This document shows, piece by piece, positions 18,798 to 28,839 of a stretch of DNA of 64,000 nt; position 1 is the first letter of the stretch, and each line of letters opens with the position of its first letter. The notes below the pieces were generated by a model, which ran no database searches, was not told the origin of the DNA, and saw only the letters and a list, made by a program, of their open reading frames with translations. Source of the DNA: Candidatus Eiseniibacteriota bacterium (lineage in GTDB: Bacteria > Eisenbacteria > RBG-16-71-46); assembly GCA_963707915.1 (NCBI GenBank), contig OY970178.1:32001-96000 (forward strand), written 5' to 3'. The position numbers and the translations under genes are program-made.

Positions 18798-20843
18798 ATG
18801 ATGAGATCGCTGTCCGTCCGTGGCCTTCGCTGGCTGTGCCAGGCGAGCGTCCTGGTCGTCGTCGCGCTGCTGTTCGACGCAGGTACGGCGGCGCCGGCGG
18901 CCGCCCAGGCCCCCACGCCGTACTTCGCCCGGACCGGCGAGGAGAACGCGCTCGATCCGCGGCCCGGCGAGGCGTTCGAGCGCAGCCTGCGCCGCAGCGT
19001 CACCGCGGTCTCGGCGGAGGACCGCTGGCGCGACCTGCCCCAGTTCGGACGCTCCCTGTTCACCCCGGGCGGCGCCGGGTTCACGCCCCCCGAAGGCGGG
19101 ACGGTCGGTCCCGACTACGTGCTGGGCCCCGGTGACCAACTGCTGGTGTTCGTCTCGGGGTTCTCCGACACGAGCTACGCCCTTCCGCTCGACCGGGAGG
19201 GCAAGGTGTTCCTGCCGCGGGTCGGTACCGTCTTCCTCTGGGGGCTCTCCTTCGCGGAGGCCGAGCAACTGGTGCGGGCGCGCCTCGGGAGCGTGCTGCG
19301 AAACGCGAAGATCCACGTCTCGATGGGTCGCATGCGCACGATCGACGTCTACGTGCTGGGCGAGGCCCGCGAGCCGGGCCGCCGCAGTCTCACCGGGCTC
19401 GCCACGGCGTTCCACGCCCTGGTCGCCGCGGGGGGGCCGAACGACCGGGGCGGCCTGCGGGACGTCCGGGTGCTGCGGGCGAACCGCGAGGTCGGGAGCT
19501 TCGACCTCTACCCGTTCCTGCTCCGGGGCGAGCGTTCGCGCGACGTGCGTCTCGAGTCGGGCGACGTCGTGTTCGTGGGGCCGGCCCGCCCGCGCGCGGG
19601 GATCCAGGGCGCCGTCGTCCGCCCCGGCGTCTACGAGCTCGACACCCCGTGCTCGCTCCGCCAGTTGCTGGCGCTCGCCGGCGGCACGACGCCATTCGCG
19701 GACCTGGGGCGCGTGCAGATCGAGCGCGTGGACGCCAACGGCGGCTTCCGCGTCCAGGACCTGACGCTCGCGGACGGCACCGGTCCCGATTCGCTGCGGC
19801 TGTCCGACTACGACCTCGTGACGGTGCTGCCGCTGAACGAGCGCCTGCGGAACGTCGTGACCCTCGATGGCTACGTGCGGCACGCCGGGGCCTACGAGCT
19901 CGGCCGGGGCATGACGCTGGCGGCGCTGCTCACGCCGGACCGGCTGCAGCCGGAGGCCGCGCTGGATCACGCCGAATTCCGGCGCGTGGATCCCGCCACC
20001 TTCGAGGTGCAGGTCCGGGACTTCTCGCCCCGCGACGTGCTCGAGGGCCGCCTGGACTGGCCGCTGCAGCCGCTCGACGCCGTCACCCTCTTCTCGACCG
20101 CGCGCATGCCGAGGTCCGTCGCGCTCGACGGCGAGGTGGTGCGGCCCGGCACCTACGGGATCGCCTCCGGCGAGCGGTTGTCCTCGGTCCTGCGGCGCGC
20201 GGGCGGACTCACTCCGCGCGGCGCGCTGTCGGCGGCGGTCTTCACGCGCCGGAGCGCCGCCACCGCCGAGCGGCGGGCCCAGCGCGAGTTCCAGCAGCGG
20301 GAGCAGATCGACCTGGCCCGGCAGCGCGTGCGCATCGAGGCCGGTGGCGACTCGGCCAACGCCGAGGGGCTGGCGCGGGCGCAGGCGGACCTGCTGATCG
20401 CGATGGAGGGCGGCTCCCACCCGGGCCGCGTCGTGCTCGACCTCGACGAGGCCGGCCGGTGGCAGGACACGGAGCGGGACCCGGTGCTCGAGGACGGCGA
20501 CCGGCTGGCCGTGCCCGAGAAGCCCAACGCCGTGGCCGTGCTCGGCAGCGTGAAGAACCCGGGCACGATGCTGGCGCGCCCGGGCGCGCGGTCGGGCGAC
20601 TACGTGAGCCTGGCCGGCGGGCCGGCGCGCGATTCGGACCTCAAGCGCAGCTACCTGGTACGCGCCAACGGCTCGACGGTGAGCTACGGCGCGGGACTCC
20701 GGGTCGAGCCCGGGGACGCGGTGGTCATCGTCCCGCACGAGGCCGGCGGCCCCTCCTTCGCCCGCTCCGCCGTGAGCGGCGTGGACAAGGCCCTCGGTGC
20801 CGCGCTCACCGTGGCGCTGGTGGTGTTGGCGGCACGGCGATGA
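18798..20843 (+). CDS. Polysaccharide export (OPX) protein with multiple SLBB domains (Wza/KpsD-like)
   Basis: Signal peptide, DYVLGPGDQL poly-export motif, repeated GxVxxPG.Y..L..AGG SLBB units, C-terminal amphipathic helix. Confidence 0.88.
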   Translation: MMRSLSVRGLRWLCQASVLVVVALLFDAGTAAPAAAQAPTPYFARTGEENALDPRPGEAFERSLRRSVTAVSAEDRWRDLPQFGRSLFTPGGAGFTPPEGGTVGPDYVLGPGDQLLVFVSGFSDTSYALPLDREGKVFLPRVGTVFLWGLSFAEAEQLVRARLGSVLRNAKIHVSMGRMRTIDVYVLGEAREPGRRSLTGLATAFHALVAAGGPNDRGGLRDVRVLRANREVGSFDLYPFLLRGERSRDVRLESGDVVFVGPARPRAGIQGAVVRPGVYELDTPCSLRQLLALAGGTTPFADLGRVQIERVDANGGFRVQDLTLADGTGPDSLRLSDYDLVTVLPLNERLRNVVTLDGYVRHAGAYELGRGMTLAALLTPDRLQPEAALDHAEFRRVDPATFEVQVRDFSPRDVLEGRLDWPLQPLDAVTLFSTARMPRSVALDGEVVRPGTYGIASGERLSSVLRRAGGLTPRGALSAAVFTRRSAATAERRAQREFQQREQIDLARQRVRIEAGGDSANAEGLARAQADLLIAMEGGSHPGRVVLDLDEAGRWQDTERDPVLEDGDRLAVPEKPNAVAVLGSVKNPGTMLARPGARSGDYVSLAGGPARDSDLKRSYLVRANGSTVSYGAGLRVEPGDAVVIVPHEAGGPSFARSAVSGVDKALGAALTVALVVLAARR

Positions 20844-22024
20844 GCGCGGACCCGATGCCCCCGGCCTGGCGGTTCGACGTCGGACGCCTCGCGCGCCTCG
20901 CGCTGCGCCATCGTTCCTGGTTGCTCAAGGTCAACGGGGCCGCCGCGGTCCTGGTGGTGGTCGTCGTGCTGCTGCTGCCGCGCTGGTACACCTCGGGCGT
21001 CACGCTGATGCCCGGGCAGCGCGACGGACTGGCCCTCGACCTGGGCGGCACCGGCGTGGGGCTGGGCGCGGGCGCGATCCTGACCGGCCAGCAGTCCACG
21101 CCACAGGACCAGCTGCGGATCGTGCTCCAGAGCCGGGCCGTGGCCGATTCGCTGGTGCGCGCCTTCCACCTGCGCGAGCGCTGGGGCATCCCCTACATGG
21201 ACCGGGCGCGCAAGCGGCTGGCCGAGTGCACGACCATCACGACGCCCAAGGAGGGCCAGGTCGTGATCGAGGTCGAGGCCCGCACGCCGCGGCTCGCCTT
21301 CGAGCTCGCGGCGGCCTACGCCCGCTACGCGGCGCAGGAGAGCGGTCGCCTCAAACGGAGTCTCGCGGGCCAGCGGCGCGTGTACCTCGAGGCGCGGCTG
21401 GGCGAACTCGACCGCGAGCTGGCGCGCGCCGGCGGGCGGCTGCGGGCGTTCGAGGAGAGCCACCGTGCGGTCAGCCTGCCCGACCAGGCCCGTGCCACGC
21501 TGGAGGCCGACGGCGAGCTGCTCGGGCAGCTCGCCGTCCTCGAGACCGAGTTGGCCGCGACCCGGCGGTACTTCACGGAGTCCTCGCCCGAGGTGCTGGC
21601 CCTGCGCGACCGCGCCGGCGAGCTGCGCCGCCAGCTCCAGCGCCTGCAGCGCGACGGGGCGGACCTGCTGCCCGGTGGCGGCGCGCTGCCCGCGCTCAAG
21701 CAGGAGTACCTCGGACTGGCTCGCGAGCAGGCGAGCCTGCTCGCGGTGAGCGAGGCGCTGCGGCGGCTCTACGAGCAGGCCCGGGTGGAAGAGGCGAACC
21801 CGGTGCCGACGTTCTCCATCCTGGACGACGCCACGCTGCCGGAGCGCGCCTCGCGTCCGCCCCGGACACTCACCGTGCTGCTCTCGATGGCGCTGGTCCT
21901 GGCGGGCTCGCTGCTCCACCTGCAAGGCAGGGCGGGCGCGGCCGAACGGGCCGCGGCGGGCCGCGGCGCGGCCGCCGGGGCCCCGCCTTCCGAGCTCGAT
22001 CCGGCCCGCAGGGCGGCCGCATGA
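20840..22024 (+). CDS. Polysaccharide co-polymerase (Wzz/GumC-like, no tyrosine-kinase domain)
   Basis: ATGA overlap; N-terminal TM + PRWY, coiled-coil periplasmic region, ILDDA.LPERASRPPR + C-terminal TM. Confidence 0.82.
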   Translation: MSADPMPPAWRFDVGRLARLALRHRSWLLKVNGAAAVLVVVVVLLLPRWYTSGVTLMPGQRDGLALDLGGTGVGLGAGAILTGQQSTPQDQLRIVLQSRAVADSLVRAFHLRERWGIPYMDRARKRLAECTTITTPKEGQVVIEVEARTPRLAFELAAAYARYAAQESGRLKRSLAGQRRVYLEARLGELDRELARAGGRLRAFEESHRAVSLPDQARATLEADGELLGQLAVLETELAATRRYFTESSPEVLALRDRAGELRRQLQRLQRDGADLLPGGGALPALKQEYLGLAREQASLLAVSEALRRLYEQARVEEANPVPTFSILDDATLPERASRPPRTLTVLLSMALVLAGSLLHLQGRAGAAERAAAGRGAAAGAPPSELDPARRAAA

Positions 22025-23196
22025 GACGGCGGATGCGTTCGCTGCTCGGCGCCGAGGAAGCGGGGCAGCCGCCCGCCACGCACACCGGCGAGGCGGTGGC
22101 GATGTGGCTCACCGGCGTGCTGTGGATGGGAGTGTGCGTCCTGGTGACGCGCCTGAACCTGACCGCGCTCCTGCCGGCCGTGCTGACCGGCGGGCTGGTC
22201 ATGGCCTGGGGCGGCCGCCGGCTCGCGAACTACCTCTGGTTCCCGCTCGTGGCGACGGCGGCCGTACTGGTCGAGCCGCTGGCCTCCGCCGAATCGGGAT
22301 GGCACGCGCCCCTGATCACCCACCTCGACCTGGTCGTGCTCGCCGTCGTGGTGATGGCGCCGATGCGCCTCGCCACGATCCGCCGGCATCGCGTCCCCTT
22401 CATGGCGCACCGGCCTTCGCTGCGACTCGTGGCGGTGCTGGTCGCCCTCGTCGGGCTGCAGGTCTTCGGCGCGGACGGCGTGGCGGCGGGACTGCGCTCG
22501 GGGGGCCGGGCCATGGCCGCGTTCGTCGTCTCGCTCGTGATCTGCAGCCGGCCGCAACGCGCGGAGGGGTTGTGGCGCGCGGTGGCGCTGCTGTCCGGCG
22601 CGCTCGTCGGGGCGGCGTTGCTCACGGCCGCGCACGGTGGTCTCCCGGCGATCGTGGCCTGGGTGAGGCGGGTGGAGAACGGCTGGCACGGTTCGCACGC
22701 GCTGCTCACCGCGCTGCTGTTCGCCGCTCCGGTCACGCTCGGCTACGCGCTCGACCGGGCCCATCGCGCCGCGCGCTGGGGGCTGGTGCTCGTGGCGCTG
22801 GGAGCGTTCGGCCTCGCCGCGACCCTTCTGGCGACGGGGGGAGGCTGGTGGAGCCTGAAGACCGGGTCGTCGTCGGCGGACGTCGTTCGCTTCATGGCGC
22901 TCGGCGTGCTGCTGGTGGCGGGGGTGGCCGGGGCGCTTCGCGTGGGCAGCGCGCGCCCGGCCGAGCGCGGGACCTGGACGGGGCTGGCGCTCGCCTTCGC
23001 CGCGCTCGCGCTCGGCAGCACCGAGACCGTGGGCCTGACGTCGACCCCGGTGGTGTTCTTCGGCGCGGCCGCGGCCGGGGCGGTCGTCAGCGCGCTCGAT
23101 CGCGCGGACCGTCGGCGGGCGCGGCTCGCGCGGCTCGGCGTGGTGCGCGCCGCTGCATGGCCGCTCGCGGACGGGGAGCTGGAGTCGGCGGCATGA
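22021..23196 (+). CDS. Multi-TM membrane protein, possibly a divergent Wzy/O-antigen-ligase-like protein
   Basis: ATGA-coupled on both sides; about 11-12 hydrophobic segments; no clear catalytic motif. Confidence 0.6.
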   Translation: MRRRMRSLLGAEEAGQPPATHTGEAVAMWLTGVLWMGVCVLVTRLNLTALLPAVLTGGLVMAWGGRRLANYLWFPLVATAAVLVEPLASAESGWHAPLITHLDLVVLAVVVMAPMRLATIRRHRVPFMAHRPSLRLVAVLVALVGLQVFGADGVAAGLRSGGRAMAAFVVSLVICSRPQRAEGLWRAVALLSGALVGAALLTAAHGGLPAIVAWVRRVENGWHGSHALLTALLFAAPVTLGYALDRAHRAARWGLVLVALGAFGLAATLLATGGGWWSLKTGSSSADVVRFMALGVLLVAGVAGALRVGSARPAERGTWTGLALAFAALALGSTETVGLTSTPVVFFGAAAAGAVVSALDRADRRRARLARLGVVRAAAWPLADGELESAA

Positions 23197-25169
23197 CACC
23201 CCGCGTGTCGGTCGTCATCGTGAGCTACCGTTCGCGCGGGCCGCTCGGGCCCTGCCTGGCCTCGCTCGACCGCTGTCGCGCGCGCGTTCCGCTCGAGGTC
23301 GTCGTCGTGGACAACGCCTCCGGGGACGGCACCGCGGAGTGGGTGCGAGAGCGGTACGGCTGGGTGGAACTCGTCGCCGGCGAGGTCAACGAAGGCTTTG
23401 CCCGGGGCGTGGCCCGCGGGACCCGGCGGGCGCGGGGCGACCTGCTGCTGGTGTTGAACCCGGACTGCGAAGTCCCGGCGGAAGGCCTCGAGCGCCTGCT
23501 GGCCGAGATCGAGCGGCACCCGCGCCTGGCGGCCGTCGCTCCCGCGCTGCGCGACGGGGACGGGCGCCCGACGCCCTCGTGCGGTCGCTTCCCGACGCTG
23601 TGGAGCCTGGTGTGCGACCACCTGGGCCTCGCGGGCTGGCTGCCCCGGACCCGGCTGTTCGGCGGCTACAAGTACGGCGAACGCCCGGCTGGCACCCTGG
23701 GCGCCGTCGACTGGGCGTCGGGCGCGGCCCTGCTCATCCCGCGGGCGGCCTGGGAGCGCGTCGGCGAATTCGACCGGGACATCTTCATGTACATGGAGGA
23801 CGTGGACTGGTGCCGCCGGGCCGCCGCGCTCGGGCTCGAGGTGCGCCACGTCCCCGAAGCGGTCTTCGTCCACCACGGGCAGCGTTCCTCCGCGCAGGTG
23901 CCGCACGAGACCTACCTGCACAACCTGCGGGCGCGCGTCCACTACTTCCGCAAGCACCACGGCTCGCGGGCCGCCGCCGTGGCCCGGGCGATCCTGCGGG
24001 CCAGCCTGGTCGCGAAGTGGACCGTGGCCGCGGTGCGCGGGGGACCGGGGCGGGCCCGCGTGTACGCGCTGGGGCTCGCCGCGCTGGAGCGGCGGGACGC
24101 GGCTCACCCGGCTGCGCGGCGGGCCGCCGTGGTCCTGGCGATCGCCACGCTCGCGGCGCTGGCCCCGTGGCCCCCCGGGGCGGGGCTCGCCCAGCGTCCG
24201 GGCGCCTCGCCGGTCCGGGCCGCGTACTTCTACTCCTACATGGGGGCCGACCATCTCGACTCGCTCGCCGCCCGCGGGTTCACCCGGGCGGTCGTGCACT
24301 GGATCACCGACTCGCTCGACGCGCGCGGCCGGAGCGAGCTGGCCGCGCTGACCGCGCGGACGTCGGCGCTCGGGATCGAGCTCTCCCCGGAGTGGCTGTT
24401 CCAGGCGCCCGCGCGTCTCGCCGGCCGGCCGGCCGGCCGCCGCTACACCTGGGGGACGGGCGTGGTGGAGCCGGGCGCGCCGTGCCCGCTGGACTCGGTC
24501 TACTGGGCGGACGCGCTCCTCGCCCGCGCCGAGGAGTACCTCGCGGCCGCCCCGTCGCTCGGGCGCGTCGCCGTGGACCTCGAGCTGCTGGGCGGCAGCC
24601 GCCATCACTACGACGCCGGCCCCTGTCGATGCGCTTCCTGTCTCCAGGAGTACCTCGGCCCCGTGCCGGGGCTGGGTGCGCGCGATCCGCTCCGGCTCGC
24701 GGGGCTGCACGGCTACCAGGAGGCCCGGCTCGCGGGCCTGCTGCGGCCGATGCTCGAGTCGTTCGCGCGGCGGCACCCCGGGGTGAGCCTCGAGGTGCTC
24801 GACCTGGACTTCGATTCCTTCGTCCATCGCGCGCTGGCCCGCGCGCTGGCCCGGGCCGGCGTTCCGACCGCGGACTACACCGAGTGCTCGTACACCGCGG
24901 GCGCCGCGGCGCTCCCGGCCGCGCGCGCGCGGTTGAGCGCCCTGGGCCAGGGCGCGGCGCCGCTGATCGGCGGTCTGTGGCTCAAGCGCTTCCCGCCGGC
25001 CGCCATCGTGCCGGCCGTGCGCGCGGTCGACGCGTGCGCCGAGGGCACGTTCGTCTTCACGACCTTCAGCCTGTGGCAGGACCCCGCCCGGCTCACGGGC
25101 TCCTACACGCTGGCGGGATCGGTCAGCGACTACTGGTCGGCGCTGGCCCAGGCGAACACCCGGCCATGA
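23193..25169 (+). CDS. GT2 glycosyltransferase fused via a hydrophobic segment to a putative TIM-barrel/GH-like domain, 658 aa
   Basis: VSVVIVSY, VVDNAS.DGT, LNPD, ASGAAL, FMYMEDVDWC; then AAVVLAIATLAALAPW; C-terminal part with CPLD..YW, VAVDLE and CRCASC. Confidence 0.8.
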   Translation: MTPRVSVVIVSYRSRGPLGPCLASLDRCRARVPLEVVVVDNASGDGTAEWVRERYGWVELVAGEVNEGFARGVARGTRRARGDLLLVLNPDCEVPAEGLERLLAEIERHPRLAAVAPALRDGDGRPTPSCGRFPTLWSLVCDHLGLAGWLPRTRLFGGYKYGERPAGTLGAVDWASGAALLIPRAAWERVGEFDRDIFMYMEDVDWCRRAAALGLEVRHVPEAVFVHHGQRSSAQVPHETYLHNLRARVHYFRKHHGSRAAAVARAILRASLVAKWTVAAVRGGPGRARVYALGLAALERRDAAHPAARRAAVVLAIATLAALAPWPPGAGLAQRPGASPVRAAYFYSYMGADHLDSLAARGFTRAVVHWITDSLDARGRSELAALTARTSALGIELSPEWLFQAPARLAGRPAGRRYTWGTGVVEPGAPCPLDSVYWADALLARAEEYLAAAPSLGRVAVDLELLGGSRHHYDAGPCRCASCLQEYLGPVPGLGARDPLRLAGLHGYQEARLAGLLRPMLESFARRHPGVSLEVLDLDFDSFVHRALARALARAGVPTADYTECSYTAGAAALPAARARLSALGQGAAPLIGGLWLKRFPPAAIVPAVRAVDACAEGTFVFTTFSLWQDPARLTGSYTLAGSVSDYWSALAQANTRP

Positions 25170-26413
25170 GTGCCCGGCCCGCGGCCCCAGAGTCCGTCCC
25201 GCTGCACCGTCCCGCCGTCCCGGTCGCCGACCGGCGGCGCGGGCTGCATCCGCCCGTACGGATGCTCCACGTCATCACGCGCCTCATCCGCGGGGGAGCC
25301 GACGAGAACACCCTCAGCACGGTGAGGGGACTCGATCCGCGGCGCTACCAGGTCGACCTGGTCGTGGGGCGGGGCTCCGACCTCGAGCTGCTGCGCGGAC
25401 TGGAAGGGGTGGGCATCCACTTCCTGGAGGACCTGACGCGGGACCCGCATCCGCTGCGCGATATCGCCGCGCTCGTCCGGCTGACCCGCATCATCCGGCG
25501 CGGCGGCTACCAGATCGTGCACACGCACACGGCCAAGGCAGGCTTCCTCGGGCGCCTCGCCGCAGCGCTCGCGGGCACGCCCATCATCGTGCACACCGTG
25601 CACGGGGTCACGTTCCCCCAGCACGTCCGGCAGCCCCTGCGCGCGTTCTACCTGCTGCTGGAGCGGGTCGCCGGGCGTTTCACCCACCAGTTCGTCACGG
25701 TGGGCGAGGACATGCGGTCCACGTACATCCGGGCCGGCATCGGCGACCCGCGGACGTACGAGACGATCTACTCGGGGATGCCGCTCGAGGACTTCGTCGC
25801 GGCGGGCCGACTGGCCGCACCGGAGCGCGACCGCCTGCGCGCCGCGCTCGGCTTCGGCCCGGACCACCAGCTGGTGGCCATGGCCGCCCGGCTCGAGGAG
25901 CGCAAGGGCCACGGATACCTGTTCGAGGCCGTGGCGCGCGTGTGGCGGCGGCATCCCGCGCTGCGCGTGCTCGTCCTCGGGGACGGGCCGTTGCGTGGCG
26001 CCCTCGAGCGCCGGACCCGCGAGCTCGGCATCGAGGACGTCGTGAGCTTCCTGGGGCACCGGACCGACATCGCCGGTGTGCTCGCGGCGGCGGACATCTC
26101 GGTGCTCACCTCCCTCTGGGAAGGGCTGCCGCGCGTGCTGGTGCAGTCGGCCGCCGCCGGCAAGCCGATCCTGACCTTCGATGTGGAGGGTGCCTGGGAG
26201 GTCGTGCGGGACGGCGAGAACGGGTTCATCGTGCCGTCGCGCGACGTCGATGCGCTGGCACGCAGGCTGGACGAGCTGCTGGCGGACCGCGACCGGGCTG
26301 CGGCCATGGGGGCCGCGGGCCCCGCCCGGGTGGGTTCGGAGTGGGCGGTCGAGACCATGGTCGACCGGCTCGACCGGATGTACCAGAGGCTGACCACCGG
26401 GCGTGCCGCATGA
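25166..26413 (+). CDS. GT4 glycosyltransferase
   Basis: MLHVITRLIRGGA, VHTHTAKAG, ARLEERKGH, SLWEGLPRVLVQ. Confidence 0.92.
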   Translation: MSARPAAPESVPLHRPAVPVADRRRGLHPPVRMLHVITRLIRGGADENTLSTVRGLDPRRYQVDLVVGRGSDLELLRGLEGVGIHFLEDLTRDPHPLRDIAALVRLTRIIRRGGYQIVHTHTAKAGFLGRLAAALAGTPIIVHTVHGVTFPQHVRQPLRAFYLLLERVAGRFTHQFVTVGEDMRSTYIRAGIGDPRTYETIYSGMPLEDFVAAGRLAAPERDRLRAALGFGPDHQLVAMAARLEERKGHGYLFEAVARVWRRHPALRVLVLGDGPLRGALERRTRELGIEDVVSFLGHRTDIAGVLAAADISVLTSLWEGLPRVLVQSAAAGKPILTFDVEGAWEVVRDGENGFIVPSRDVDALARRLDELLADRDRAAAMGAAGPARVGSEWAVETMVDRLDRMYQRLTTGRAA

Positions 26414-26492
26414 GCCGCGCTCGCGCGTGCCGTCCCGGGCTCCCCGGCCCGCCCACGCCCGGCATCGCCGCCGGCGATCGAAGGCGGTCCTG

Positions 26493-27632
26493 ATGGACGT
26501 GTGGTCGGTGGCCTTCGCCGTGGCGCTCCTGGCGACGCTCAGCGGCACGCAGATGGTGCGCGTCACGGCCCTGCGTCTCCGCGCCGTGGATTCCCCGGGC
26601 GGGCGGCGCGTGCACCGCCGGACCACGCCCCGCCTGGGCGGGCTCGGCATCTTCTGGGGCTTCGCCGGCGCGCTGGTGCTGGTGGTCTATGGCAACGCCG
26701 AGTGGCGGCACGTGCTCGCCGGCAAGGAACTCGGCCTGCTCGGCATGCTGGGCGGGGCGTCCCTCATGCTGGTGGTGGGGCTGCTCGACGACCTCCACGG
26801 CCTGACGGCCGCGGTGAAGCTCTCGGCCCAGGCGGCGGCCGCGATCCTGCTGTGGACCTGCGGCTGGCGCGTCGAGTTCCTGGGCCTCCCGGGCATCGAG
26901 GCGTGGCCGGTGGGCGCGCTGAGCCTGCCGCTCACGGTGGGTTGGGTGGTGTTCGTGACGAACGCGCTCAACCTGATCGACGGGCTGGACGGCCTGGCAG
27001 TCGGCGTGGCGCTGATCGCGAGCGTCGCGACCTGCTTCATCCTCACGCCGGACGCGACGCTCGCCCGTGTCACCGCGCTCGCGCTCACCGGCGCGCTGCT
27101 CGCCTTCCTGTGGTTCAACCTCAACCCCGCGCTCATCTTCATGGGGGACGCGGGGAGCCTCTTCGTCGGGTTCGTGCTCTCCGCCATCACCCTGAGGATC
27201 GGGCAGGTCGCCGGCCGGGAGTCCTTCCCGATGGTGCCCGCGCTGCTGCTGGCGGTGCCGCTGACGGACACCACCTATGCCCTGGTGCGCCGCACGCTGC
27301 GCGCCGCGCGGCAGGCCCACACGCCGCGGCTGTTCCTGCGCGGGGTGCGGGCCGGGCTGTTCGCCCCCGACCGCGGCCACGTGCACCACCTGCTGATCGA
27401 GGCAGGGTTCTCGACCCGGCGCGCGGTCGCGCTGTTGTGGGGGACCGGGGCGCTGTTCGCCGTGTCCGGCTGGTTCTTCGCGCTCCACTCGCCGGCGGGC
27501 GTGCCGCTGATCGCGCTCCTGGTCGTGACCTGGGGACAGGGCTTCGCGCGGGTGAGGCGCCGCGCCGGAGCGCGGACGGAACGGGTCCGGGGGAGCGAAA
27601 CGGCCGCGGGGGAAGCCGATGCCGCGGCCTGA
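26493..27632 (+). CDS. wecA: Undecaprenyl-phosphate GlcNAc-1-phosphate transferase (WecA/TagO/MraY family)
   Basis: D.PGGRRVH..TPRLGG, GLLDD, NALNLIDGLDGLA, IFMGDAGS, PDRGHVHH; upstream GTG 26403 is an alternative start. Confidence 0.92.
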   Translation: MDVWSVAFAVALLATLSGTQMVRVTALRLRAVDSPGGRRVHRRTTPRLGGLGIFWGFAGALVLVVYGNAEWRHVLAGKELGLLGMLGGASLMLVVGLLDDLHGLTAAVKLSAQAAAAILLWTCGWRVEFLGLPGIEAWPVGALSLPLTVGWVVFVTNALNLIDGLDGLAVGVALIASVATCFILTPDATLARVTALALTGALLAFLWFNLNPALIFMGDAGSLFVGFVLSAITLRIGQVAGRESFPMVPALLLAVPLTDTTYALVRRTLRAARQAHTPRLFLRGVRAGLFAPDRGHVHHLLIEAGFSTRRAVALLWGTGALFAVSGWFFALHSPAGVPLIALLVVTWGQGFARVRRRAGARTERVRGSETAAGEADAAA

Positions 27633-28839
27633 GCGCCGGCCGCCGCGCGCGGGGGCCGGGGCCGACGCGGGGCCCGCCGGGCGGGGAGCGCCACCGGTCG
27701 TGCTGGTGGTGGTGAACGACCTCGCCGTCGGAGGCGCCCAGCGGGTGGCCGTGGGCCAGGCCGCGGGACTGGCGGCGCGCGGGTTCGACGTGCAGGTGGC
27801 GAGCCTGGAGAGCGTCGCGAACGGCGCGCTCCAGGAGGAGTGCCGCGGCGCGGGCGTCCCGGTCCATGCCCTGCGCACGGCGGGCGAGCCCCGGGCGTGG
27901 GCGGTCGCGCGCCTCCCGGGGCTGCTCGCCCGGCTGCGGGCCGCGCTGGTGCACACGCATCTCGCCCGCGCCGGCGTGGTGGGGAGGACGTGCGCGCGCG
28001 TCGCGCGCGTGCCCCGGCTGGTGAGCACGCTGCACAACCTGAGCGACTGGGAGGAGCGGGCGGGGGAGCCGTTGCGCGCGCTCGACCGCGGCACGCTCCG
28101 GTGGTGCGACGCCATCGTGGCGGCGAGCGACGCGATCCGCCGGGCGGTCGTGCGGCGCGACCCGGCGCTGGTGGCCCGCACCTGCGTGATCCGCAACGGG
28201 GTGGACATCGAAGCGTTCGCCCCGCCCGATGCGGCGCACCGCGCGAGGGCGCGCGCCTCGTTCGGCTTCGGTCCGCGCCACTGCGTGATCGGGTCGCTGT
28301 GCCGGCTCGAGCCGAGGAAGGGGGTCGACACGCTGCTGCGCGCGTTCCCCGCCGTGGTCGCGGCGCACCCCGAGGCGAGGCTGCTGATCGTGGGCGACGG
28401 CCCGGAGCGTGGCGCGCTCGAGGCCGCCGTCGCCGCCGCCGGCCTGGGGACGGTGGTGCGCTTCGCCGGTGAGCGTCGCGACGTGGCGGGCTGTCTCGCG
28501 GCGATGGACGTGTTCGCCGCGCCCTCGCGCACCGAGGGGCTCGGCCTCGCGCTGATCGAGGCCCTGGCCGCGGGCCTGCCGGTCCTCGGCTCGCGCGTCG
28601 GCGGCATCCCCGAGGTGGTGGAGGACGGTCGCTGCGGCGTGCTGCTGCCGGCGGACGACGGCGCGGCCTGGCGCGCGGCGCTGCTGCGGATCGTCGCCGA
28701 TCCCGGCCTGCGCGCCGAGCAGGGCGCGCAGGCCCGGCAGCGCGCGTCGCGCTTCACGATGGCCGCGAGCCACGACGCGCTGGCCGGGCTCTACGAAGGG
28801 CTGCTCGGCGCCGGCCGCGCGGAGCGGATGGCAGCGTGA
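27619..28839 (+). CDS. GT4 glycosyltransferase
   Basis: GGAQR, VHTHL, VIRNGVD, RLEPRKG, SRTEGLGLALIEA. Confidence 0.92.
   Translation: MPRPERRPPRAGAGADAGPAGRGAPPVVLVVVNDLAVGGAQRVAVGQAAGLAARGFDVQVASLESVANGALQEECRGAGVPVHALRTAGEPRAWAVARLPGLLARLRAALVHTHLARAGVVGRTCARVARVPRLVSTLHNLSDWEERAGEPLRALDRGTLRWCDAIVAASDAIRRAVVRRDPALVARTCVIRNGVDIEAFAPPDAAHRARARASFGFGPRHCVIGSLCRLEPRKGVDTLLRAFPAVVAAHPEARLLIVGDGPERGALEAAVAAAGLGTVVRFAGERRDVAGCLAAMDVFAAPSRTEGLGLALIEALAAGLPVLGSRVGGIPEVVEDGRCGVLLPADDGAAWRAALLRIVADPGLRAEQGAQARQRASRFTMAASHDALAGLYEGLLGAGRAERMAA

Noticed and set aside
18478..18798. ops/JUMPStart element before the polysaccharide operon
   Set aside because: No GGCGGTAG match; only GGCGGTGA right after the upstream stop
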